Made by a program: the position numbers and the translations under genes
The notes under the pieces: generated by a model
What the model saw: the letters and a program-made list of their open reading frames with translations, nothing else
The model's database searches: none
What the model was told of the DNA's origin: nothing
In this document: positions 16,232-23,223 of the stretch, in pieces
How positions within the stretch are numbered: position 1 is the stretch's first letter
Layout: every line of letters begins with the position of its first letter
Source: Pyrodictium abyssi
Lineage (GTDB): Archaea > Thermoproteota > Thermoprotei_A > Sulfolobales > Pyrodictiaceae
Assembly (NCBI RefSeq): GCF_036323395.1
Contig: NZ_AP028907.1
Coordinates: 629,588 to 661,587, forward strand
Direction: 5' to 3'
DNA: 32,000 nucleotides

Positions 16232-16801
16232 TTAGACGCGGAAGCCTAGCTCCCGTAGCTTGTTTACTACAAAGCCCCTGTCCTCCTCGGGTAGCAGCTC
16301 TATCCCCTGCTTGATTATCCTCTCGTCCACCTTCAGCTTGCCCTCCTCTATGTACTCGCGTATTATCCTTAGGTCCTCTGTGTCCGCCTCGCGGGCCGCC
16401 TTAGCCTTGAGGACTATGTAGTCCTCTAGCCTTAGGAACCGGGCCTCGACACCGCCTATCTTCTTCTTGGGCGCATTCTCGAGCATCTCGGGGGGTATGT
16501 AGTAGTCGTGAATGTTCTCGTAGAACTCTACGACGACCTCCTCACCGCTCGGGACACGGGCTATGAACTTGGGGGTGCCGAGCGCGGTGTAGGCTACCTG
16601 CCAGCCCTCCTCCTCGGCTACCGCGTGGTACTTCTCCTCCTCTATCAGGGGGCTGGGCTCGAGGACGAACACGTCCACGTCGTCCTCCAGCCTGCGGCGG
16701 CGCAGCTCCAGCTCAACCACAGTGCTGCCCACGACGACGCCGCGGATGCCGTGCCTCTGTAGCCTGGATAGCAGCCACGCCAGGTCCTCCAGCGTGTACA
16801 C
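16232..16801 (-). CDS. Nucleotidyltransferase-fold protein (minimal NTase-like, 189 aa)
   Basis: VVVGSTVVELELRRRRLEDDVDVFV fits the G-S...D-x-D pattern of the pol-beta NTase superfamily, followed by a helical C-terminal half. It starts 15 nt after the upstream small membrane protein gene, so the two are probably co-transcribed. Confidence 0.5.
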   Translation of the reverse strand: MYTLEDLAWLLSRLQRHGIRGVVVGSTVVELELRRRRLEDDVDVFVLEPSPLIEEEKYHAVAEEEGWQVAYTALGTPKFIARVPSGEEVVVEFYENIHDYYIPPEMLENAPKKKIGGVEARFLRLEDYIVLKAKAAREADTEDLRIIREYIEEGKLKVDERIIKQGIELLPEEDRGFVVNKLRELGFRV

Positions 16802-16816
16802 CGGGGGCCACCAGGG

Positions 16817-17197
16817 CTAGCCGGCCAGCCCCTCGGACGTTATAACGTCTCTGCAGGGGGTCAGGTTGAGCGCGAGCCCGGGGTCGACGGCGTAGAGGGA
16901 CCAGCAGAAGAGCCTCAGCTGGGTCTCGTTGAGCACGAGCCTCTCGCCGCCGACGTAGACCGGGGTGCCGTTCAGCGCCTCCACGGCGCCCCGCAGGGCC
17001 GCCTCCTCCAAGTCGGCGAGGTCGCGCTGCAGCCTATCGAGGAGGCTCCAATCGGGCTCCCCCTCGGCCACGGCCTCGACCACGGCCATGAGGTCGGGCA
17101 GGACGCGGTCCACCAGGATACCCGCCACAAGCAGCGACGCGGCCAGGAGGGCTAGCGCGGGGGCGGCAGCCAGGGCTCCGCTGGCCACAGGGAGCAC
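16817..17197 (-). CDS. Small N-terminally anchored protein with conserved Cys pair, paralogue 2 (126 aa)
   Basis: Hydrophobic N-terminus ALAAAPALALLAASLLVAGILV. The C-terminal ...TQLRLFCWSLYAVDPGLALNLTPCRDVITS aligns with 15455-15895. Confidence 0.6.
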   Translation of the reverse strand: MLPVASGALAAAPALALLAASLLVAGILVDRVLPDLMAVVEAVAEGEPDWSLLDRLQRDLADLEEAALRGAVEALNGTPVYVGGERLVLNETQLRLFCWSLYAVDPGLALNLTPCRDVITSEGLAG

Positions 17198-17260
17198 CGG
17201 GTTATCTGGAGACGCTCCGGGGTGTATATTAGTGACGCCCGGGGACCGGCTAGCCGCGCG

Positions 17261-17428
17261 CTACGCCCATATAACCGCGGGGCCCGGGGGAGGCCTGGGG
17301 CCGGGCCTCCCCGGCCTCCTGCGCCCGCCGCGCCTGGTTCCGCGGAGCCGCTGGATCGCCGCCACTATGGCTGCGAGCGCTACGAGGCTCAGGAGGAGGG
17401 CTAGCAGCACCCGGTTGCCGGCGAGCCT
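17261..17428 (-). other. Out-of-frame (+1) membrane anchor plus basic tail downstream of the 1260-aa gene
   Basis: Translation by hand in the +1 frame gives ...APAPGLAERLAGNRVLLALLLSLVALAAIVAAIQRLRGTRRGGRRRPGRPGPRPPPGPAVIWA-stop (TAG at 17261-17263). This frame is open from about 17513. Confidence 0.6.
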
Positions 17429-17429
17429 C

Positions 17430-20400
17430 TCAGCCAGCCCCGGCGCGGGGGCCCGCGTAGTCGTCGCCGGCGGCCGGGGGGGCGGCTGTGGTGGCTGTGG
17501 CGTTCGCGGGGGTCACGTTGCCCGGTGCCGTGACGTTGGCTGGGGCTAGCTGGGCGCCCGGCCCCGCGGCTAGTACGCCGCTAGCACGGGCCAGTGTGAA
17601 GGACTCTCGGGCGCCGTCGGGCACGGCGCGCAGTACTGCCTCGTAGCTGGCCGTCGCGTTGCCCCTCAGCTGTATCTTCACCCTCATGGAGGCTATGTCG
17701 CCGGGCCGTAGCGCGTCAACCCTCATGACCGCCATGCTGGTGGTGTAGCTGCCCGGCTCGGCGTCGAGCACCTCTACCCCGCTGGGGAACTTTACGCTGA
17801 CAACCACGTTCCTGAGGTCTATCGAGTCCAGGTTCGCGGCGCTGACCTCTACTATGGCGCGGTCCCGGTACCTCTCCACCTCCTTGACCTCGAGGGCCAC
17901 GTGGGGCACCTTCACCCTCACCGGGACCGTGGCCAGCGTGTTGCCGTCGAGCCTGAGCACTATGTAGACCGTTGTCTCGCTCCCCAGCGGCGCGCCGGGG
18001 GAGACGTGTAGCGTAGCCCACCTGGTGGTGAACTCTCCGGGCTCAAGGTCCGCCCGCGTCGCCGGCAGGAAGAGCCTGGCTATCGAGTCGTTGCCGTTGA
18101 CCGGGACTATCTCCGCGCCCTCTATCCTCATACCAGAGGCCACGTCTATCCTCACGTCCACCTCGCTCCCGGGCGGCGCCGCGACGTAGCCCGGCGTCAC
18201 AGTGACCTCCACTGTGCGGCGGAGGAGCTCTAGCACTGGTATCCTGGCTACACGGTACTCCTTGATCAGGTACTGGCCGGTCTCGTCGTAGACCAGGAGC
18301 CTTGCGTCAAGCGTGTCCAGGGGCTCCAGCTTGACGGTGTCGAGGTTTACGCTTATGTCGAGCGTGCGGTGGCTCCGAGCCGGGAGCGCCACCGTCTCGG
18401 CGTAGTCGTATATCGTGCACGCCTTCACGTCGACGCAGTCGCCCTGCCCCTTGACGAGCACAAGCCGCGCTAGGAACACGGCGTCGCGGTCCTCTGGGTT
18501 GTAGAAGGACAAGCTTATGGTAAGCCCTCTCCTCGCTATGTCTACCTCCACGTCCTCTAGCCGGGGCTCCACCATGACGGAGCGTAGCTCCACGCCACTG
18601 GTGCTTGTTGCTATAACTTTGCCGTTCGGGTCGAGCACGTGTATGCTCATAGTGTAGACGCCGGGGTAGGCGGTCGGCGGCACCGGTATGTTGACCACGA
18701 AGCTAGCGCTGCCGCCCAGGGGCACCAGCTCCTCCCCGGACTCGGCCTCGCCCAGACCCTCTATCGAGACCCTGACCCTGAGCCGGGCGTCAGTGTTACC
18801 CGTGTTAGCCACCTTAACCTCTACGCGGAAGCTCTTACCCACCACCGGGAGGTCTAGCACACGCACCTCCTCCACGGTGGCAGAGACCACTGGCTCCACT
18901 GTCAGCAGGTTGTGGAGGCTCCAGGAGGCGTAGGGCATCCCCGCTATGTAGAGGACTGCGCGGGCGTCGTAGCTCCCTGCCGCGGCGTCGCCCGGGACCT
19001 GTATGGGGACCTGGACCAGGTTAATGCCGGGGAAGAGTGGCTCCTCAACGCTGTAGCTCCGGCCGAGCAGCTGTACCTCCAGCCGGCTCTGGACTGAGCC
19101 CTCGCCGTCCAGCCGGAGCTTCACCGAGACCAGGGCCTGGCCGCCGGGCTTCACGCTCCCCGGCGACGCGCTGTAGTCCTCCAGGGATATGCTGTACGAG
19201 ACTACCTCTAGCGCGGCCTCGGCGCGGGAGGCCTCGTAGAGGTCGTCGCCCCTGAACTCCACGGCGAGGCTGTGCCTGCCCACGCCGAGCCACGAGGTGT
19301 CGAACTCAACCACTGCCACGCCGTCTCGGCCGGTGCGGGCGCTGCCCACGAGCTTCCCGTCTACGTAGAAGCTCAGGGTGCGGCCCACGAGCGGGCCCCC
19401 GGAGACCCCGTCAACCAGCCTGGCCTCGACGTGGGCGAGGCTGCCGCGCGACACCACGAAGCTCTGAGCCTCTATCTTGCTCGGCCTCTTCAGCACCTCG
19501 ACTGTCTTGCTCTTGACGCCGGTTAGCCCCGTGTCGTCCACGACTGTGAGCGTGACGTTGTAGACACCGGGCTTCTCGAACACGTGGGTAACTATCGCGC
19601 CCTCGGCCACCGTGCCGTCGCCGAACTCCCAGCGGTACCCAGTGATGTTGCCGTCGGGGTCGTAGGAGAGGAGCCCGTAGAACGTGACGTTGACGCCCCA
19701 GTAGGGCTGCCGCGGCGAGAACCAGAACCCAGCGACCGGGGGCCTGCCCTCGACGCACCAGACCGGGCGCGAATCCAGCCAAGGCTCGTAGTACTGCCTG
19801 GGGTTAGGCCGCCCCTCAAGCCACGGCATCACTATAGGGCTGCCCTTGCCCTCCGGGTTGCCCGTAGCCCGGGGGCCCGAGGGGTCACCCCACCAGTTGT
19901 GCCCCGCGTAGACGTAGCCCTCCTCAACCTTCAGCCCGTACTCGGCGCCCTCCAGGCAGCTGTAGCTCACCACCGCGGTAGAGTCCACAACACTCTTCAC
20001 GTAGACCGCCTGGGGGCCCGAGACCCGGGAGTAGAGCACCTCTAGCCTCGCCCTGCCACCCACGCCGCCCTTCTCGCCGTCAATAATCAGGCTCTCCAGC
20101 TGGCACCTATAGATCCTCATCACGGTGGACTGGCCGTAGAGGCCCCAGTCCTCGCGCACCCAGTTATCCGCAATGCTCTCGCCCCGGACCAGAACCCTCC
20201 CCATAACGGTGTTGCTCGCAACAAGACTCGACTGGTCCAGGCCGCGGCCCGAGGAGGTGCCGTTGTAGAGCCCATAGCCGTGGATAGTGAGGCCCTCCAG
20301 CGTGGAGTCTGTGATGCTCATCCACGAGGATAGCAGCCCCTCAGGCCCCTCTACCACTACGCTGCCCAGCCTCACACGCTCCAGCACCAGGCTACTACGG

Positions 20401-21212
20401 AACAGCGCTGCGCCCTCCCCCGCGTAGCTCCGGTCTACCACCACGGAGAGCCCGGAGAACACGGAGTCGCTGATGCTTATCCGGGACTCGTAGACACCAT
20501 ACATGACCGCCGGCACTAGCTTGTAGCTCGTGACGGTGACAGTCGTGTTGCCGGTAGTGATGTTGTAGCGGATGGGCACCTTCACCTGCAGCCCGGTGGC
20601 GTAGGAGTGCACCACGAACTCCCCCGTGGCGTTGACGCGGCTCAAAGTTATCTCGGACTGGTACACCGCGCTAGTCTCGTTGCCCAGGCCCAGCGACTCC
20701 ACCCTAAAGTCGCCCACAATGGTCACGTTGTCCAGCGCCACCGTGGAGTTGTAGACGCTCCGGTAGGCCGCCTTGAAGGACAGCCCGCCACGTATAACAG
20801 AGTCCGTAAACGTCACGTTGGACTCCGTGAGCCCTGTAAACTCCAGGCCATCCTCGACAACAACGTTCTTGAACACCAGGACCGAGCCCGTCACAACAAG
20901 CGTGCCGCGCCCCACCAGTGTTACCGGGCTCCCCGGCTTACCCTCGGCAAGGATCACGCCACGGTCAACCGTGACCGTGACGCCGGGCGCGAATATCAGG
21001 ACAACACCGTCCTCTATCCGGACCTCGGCCTTAATCCGGATATCCCTCGTGATTATGTACGGGCTCCCCTCACGAGTCAACACAGTATTGACTATGATAT
21101 CGCGGTCGATAGGCGTAGGGCTCGCCTCAGCCCCCGCCGCGCCCCACACCCAGCCCGCCAGAGACACAAGGTACAGTACAAGGAGTATGGACACCAGTAG
21201 CCGCCTATACAA
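17430..21212 (-). CDS. Giant secreted surface protein: signal peptide, right-handed beta-helix region, PKD domain, multiple Ig/CARDB-like domains (1260 aa as encoded)
   Basis: Signal-like MYRRLLVSILLVLYLVSLAGWVWGAAGA. Repetitive beta-helix-type segments span aa 35-445 and end in HNWWGDPSGP. The PKD motif YRWEFGDGT...HVFEKPGVYNVTLTVVDDTG spans about 19494-19742. CARDB-like FRVEVKVANTGNTDA is present, with many N-x-S/T sequons and a C-terminal NVT/NAT/Thr-Pro tract. Confidence 0.85.
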   Translation of the reverse strand: MYRRLLVSILLVLYLVSLAGWVWGAAGAEASPTPIDRDIIVNTVLTREGSPYIITRDIRIKAEVRIEDGVVLIFAPGVTVTVDRGVILAEGKPGSPVTLVGRGTLVVTGSVLVFKNVVVEDGLEFTGLTESNVTFTDSVIRGGLSFKAAYRSVYNSTVALDNVTIVGDFRVESLGLGNETSAVYQSEITLSRVNATGEFVVHSYATGLQVKVPIRYNITTGNTTVTVTSYKLVPAVMYGVYESRISISDSVFSGLSVVVDRSYAGEGAALFRSSLVLERVRLGSVVVEGPEGLLSSWMSITDSTLEGLTIHGYGLYNGTSSGRGLDQSSLVASNTVMGRVLVRGESIADNWVREDWGLYGQSTVMRIYRCQLESLIIDGEKGGVGGRARLEVLYSRVSGPQAVYVKSVVDSTAVVSYSCLEGAEYGLKVEEGYVYAGHNWWGDPSGPRATGNPEGKGSPIVMPWLEGRPNPRQYYEPWLDSRPVWCVEGRPPVAGFWFSPRQPYWGVNVTFYGLLSYDPDGNITGYRWEFGDGTVAEGAIVTHVFEKPGVYNVTLTVVDDTGLTGVKSKTVEVLKRPSKIEAQSFVVSRGSLAHVEARLVDGVSGGPLVGRTLSFYVDGKLVGSARTGRDGVAVVEFDTSWLGVGRHSLAVEFRGDDLYEASRAEAALEVVSYSISLEDYSASPGSVKPGGQALVSVKLRLDGEGSVQSRLEVQLLGRSYSVEEPLFPGINLVQVPIQVPGDAAAGSYDARAVLYIAGMPYASWSLHNLLTVEPVVSATVEEVRVLDLPVVGKSFRVEVKVANTGNTDARLRVRVSIEGLGEAESGEELVPLGGSASFVVNIPVPPTAYPGVYTMSIHVLDPNGKVIATSTSGVELRSVMVEPRLEDVEVDIARRGLTISLSFYNPEDRDAVFLARLVLVKGQGDCVDVKACTIYDYAETVALPARSHRTLDISVNLDTVKLEPLDTLDARLLVYDETGQYLIKEYRVARIPVLELLRRTVEVTVTPGYVAAPPGSEVDVRIDVASGMRIEGAEIVPVNGNDSIARLFLPATRADLEPGEFTTRWATLHVSPGAPLGSETTVYIVLRLDGNTLATVPVRVKVPHVALEVKEVERYRDRAIVEVSAANLDSIDLRNVVVSVKFPSGVEVLDAEPGSYTTSMAVMRVDALRPGDIASMRVKIQLRGNATASYEAVLRAVPDGARESFTLARASGVLAAGPGAQLAPANVTAPGNVTPANATATTAAPPAAGDDYAGPRAGAG

Positions 21213-21249
21213 GCCCTAAGCCCCAGAGGACACGCCAAGCCAGTATCCC

Positions 21250-21260
21250 TACTTAAACCC
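21250..21260 (-). promoter_or_regulatory. TATA-like box for the giant surface protein gene
   Basis: The - strand reads GGGTTTAAGTAGG, centred about 43 nt upstream of ATG 21212. Confidence 0.3.
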
Positions 21261-21427
21261 ATTAGACCAACCACACAAATACGGGTAAACAGCTCCACAG
21301 AATACCCTAATAGACTAGAACAGCGCGGAGCCAGACAAGCCACAGAACAACATAGCCCGTAGACCAGCTCAAGAGAAACCAGCACACCCGGGAAGACAAC
21401 AAGGTGGAAGATATGCGGGCCGTAGCT

Positions 21428-21440
21428 GTCAAAAAAGCTT
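21428..21440 (-). terminator. Oligo-T terminator candidate for the 230-aa gene
   Basis: A6 at 21431-21436 on the + strand gives T6 on the coding strand, inside the inverted repeat gtcaa-aaaagc-ttgac. It lies 43 nt past the stop at 21479. Confidence 0.5.
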
Positions 21441-21478
21441 GACCTGCGCCTTGGAGAGCCCGGCGCTCTTAGCGTGCG

Positions 21479-22171
21479 TTAGCCTACCTGCAGTACCTGG
21501 AAGTTGAGTATTACTGGTAGGCTGTCGAATAGCATGCCCTCCCTAGCCTCATAGAAGGCCTTGACCGTTAGTACAGCGAATGTAGCGTCATTGCCCATGC
21601 CATTGAATACGCCACTCTTAGTTATCTGCCAGCTGCCAGTTGCGTTGCCTATTTCTATCTTATCGCTGGGTGAACCTGGTACCCAGAATGTTACGTTTGC
21701 TGGTATGCTTGCAGCTGTCTCGTTCAGCTTAGCAATATTGAACAAGTCTTCAGCGTCAAGTATTATTACGGCTTTAGGCTTCTGTAGGGAGAGGACAGCT
21801 TTGATCTCTGAGTAGTTGCCTATAGCGGACTCGTTTGTGTTGAAGGCGCTTGTTATCTGTAGCTGTAGGTACTTGAAGTATGGCCTTAGCTGTGCGGCAT
21901 TGGCTATTTTTACTAGGAGCTTTACGTCGTTTACGTCGGCGCGTACTGGCACTAGCACAAAGCCCATGTCCTCGCTGCCCTGGGCGCCGGCGGCGGGGGC
22001 TATGTTGGTGTTGAGCTTGCTCACTACGTCTATTGGCTCGCTTACCGCCTCTGCTGTACCGGTGGCGTAGAAGCTGTTGAGCGGGCTCTGGGTGGTGGCG
22101 AAGCCTGCTAGCAGGGCGAGGGCGGCAGCCGAGGCGATGATACCCGCTATAGCTAGGGTTGTGTACCTCAC
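21479..22171 (-). CDS. Secreted filament-subunit candidate, Can-like family (230 aa)
   Basis: GTG start. The first 40 aa are identical to the 174-aa paralogue. Motifs APAAGAQG, IANAAQLRPYFKYLQL and a C-terminal FYEAREGMLFDSLPVILNFQVLQVG-stop are present. Five sequons: NES, NYS, NET, NVT, NAT. Confidence 0.85.
   Translation of the reverse strand: MRYTTLAIAGIIASAAALALLAGFATTQSPLNSFYATGTAEAVSEPIDVVSKLNTNIAPAAGAQGSEDMGFVLVPVRADVNDVKLLVKIANAAQLRPYFKYLQLQITSAFNTNESAIGNYSEIKAVLSLQKPKAVIILDAEDLFNIAKLNETAASIPANVTFWVPGSPSDKIEIGNATGSWQITKSGVFNGMGNDATFAVLTVKAFYEAREGMLFDSLPVILNFQVLQVG
22053..22171. repeat. Copy 2 of the 119-bp near-identical 5' gene segment
   Basis: See 11830-11948. Confidence 0.95.
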
Positions 22172-22225
22172 TTTTTACGCACCCCTACTCTGGCTCTGGT
22201 TCGTGTCTACTCCCGTTTCATGCAA

Positions 22226-22235
22226 CTTATATATT
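22226..22235. promoter_or_regulatory. TATA-like element in the divergent region between the 230-aa gene and the PP2C-like gene
   Basis: cttatatatt lies 55-64 nt from GTG 22171 (- strand) and about 55-65 nt from the candidate starts at 22287-22299 (+ strand). Confidence 0.35.
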
Positions 22236-22289
22236 GTTTCTCTGCGCTGTCAAGCTGGTATATGTGTAACGTGTGTTATTATTGGCTTG

Positions 22290-23162
22290 GTGCGGTGGGT
22301 GTTTAGGCTCCGGGCGGGGGGAGCGCTACGAGGGGCGCTGGCTGTGGCCTGGCGTGCCTGGGTAGCTGTATCCAATGCTGTCCACTTCGAGGATGATGCT
22401 GGGCTCTGGGTTGATGGGGACCGCGGCGCTGTGGCGGTGGCGGATGGGGTCTCGATGTCCCGGGGCGGGGGCGCCTCGTTCCTGGCCGCGTGGGGGTTCG
22501 CTGCGCTCTGCCGGGCCCTGCTGCCGGACTGGAGGGGGAGCCTGGCGGGGGCCGCGCAGCGGTGCCTAGAGCTGCTGGACCGCGCCGCCCGGGAGGCGCT
22601 GGCGCTCGACGCCGCGGCTGTGGCGGAGGCGAAGCAGCGGTACTACCGCGGCTGCGGCTCTCCCTGCACCCGGCCCCCGGGCCTCGCCGAGCTAGAGGCC
22701 CTGAGGCCCCTGGAGCCCGGGGGGAGGGGCGCCGAGGCGAAGCCGAGCTCGACGCTCCTCGCAGCGCTCCTGGGCCCCGGGGGCCGGGCCGCGCTGGTGC
22801 TAGCCGGCGACGGCGCGGTGGTAGCGACCACGGGGGGCCGGGAGGACACCTGGCTCCTCTGGGGCGCGCTGCCCCAGTTCTACGAGGGGAGCCGGGTCGC
22901 CCGCTTCCTGGAGGTCGGCGGCGGGCTCCGGGGCGAGCCGGTGGTGCTGGAGACCATCCTGCCCCGGGGCACCCTGCTAGCCCTGGCGACGGACGGTGTG
23001 GACCCCGCGGCGCTCGCCGAGGAGCTGGTAGAGCTGGCCAGGCGGGGCATCCCCGAGCCCGCCGCCGAGAACCCGGCCGGCTACCTGCTACGCCGCATAG
23101 AGGAGCGCACCGGGGGCCTAGAGGACGACGCCACCCTCGCGCTGGTGGAGTGGACGGGCTAG
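22290..23162 (+). CDS. PP2C-like (PP2C_2/SpoIIE-type) protein phosphatase
   Basis: AVAVADGVSMSRGGGASFLAAW is the first metal-binding D-G motif region. LLALATDGVDP and the near-C-terminal LEDDATLALVEW are also present. The upstream part of the 361-aa ORF (22077-22289) is antisense to the Can-like gene and was discarded. Candidate starts are TTG 22287, GTG 22290 and GTG 22299. Confidence 0.55.
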   Translation: MRWVFRLRAGGALRGALAVAWRAWVAVSNAVHFEDDAGLWVDGDRGAVAVADGVSMSRGGGASFLAAWGFAALCRALLPDWRGSLAGAAQRCLELLDRAAREALALDAAAVAEAKQRYYRGCGSPCTRPPGLAELEALRPLEPGGRGAEAKPSSTLLAALLGPGGRAALVLAGDGAVVATTGGREDTWLLWGALPQFYEGSRVARFLEVGGGLRGEPVVLETILPRGTLLALATDGVDPAALAEELVELARRGIPEPAAENPAGYLLRRIEERTGGLEDDATLALVEWTG

Positions 23163-23223
23163 CCCCCCGGGGCCCAGCCCTAATTAGGCGCATACGGCCC
23201 GGTATAGCCTGGGGGCGGAGCTC

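Noticed and set aside
21213-21420. An approximately 200-nt A/C-rich, T-poor (about 10% T on the + strand) spacer between the 230-aa gene terminator and the giant gene start
   Set aside because: The strand skew is real, but no repeat, hairpin or conserved box was seen apart from the TATA-like element at about 21255. ORF 21092-21385 overlaps the giant gene start and looks spurious. No function can be argued from sequence alone.
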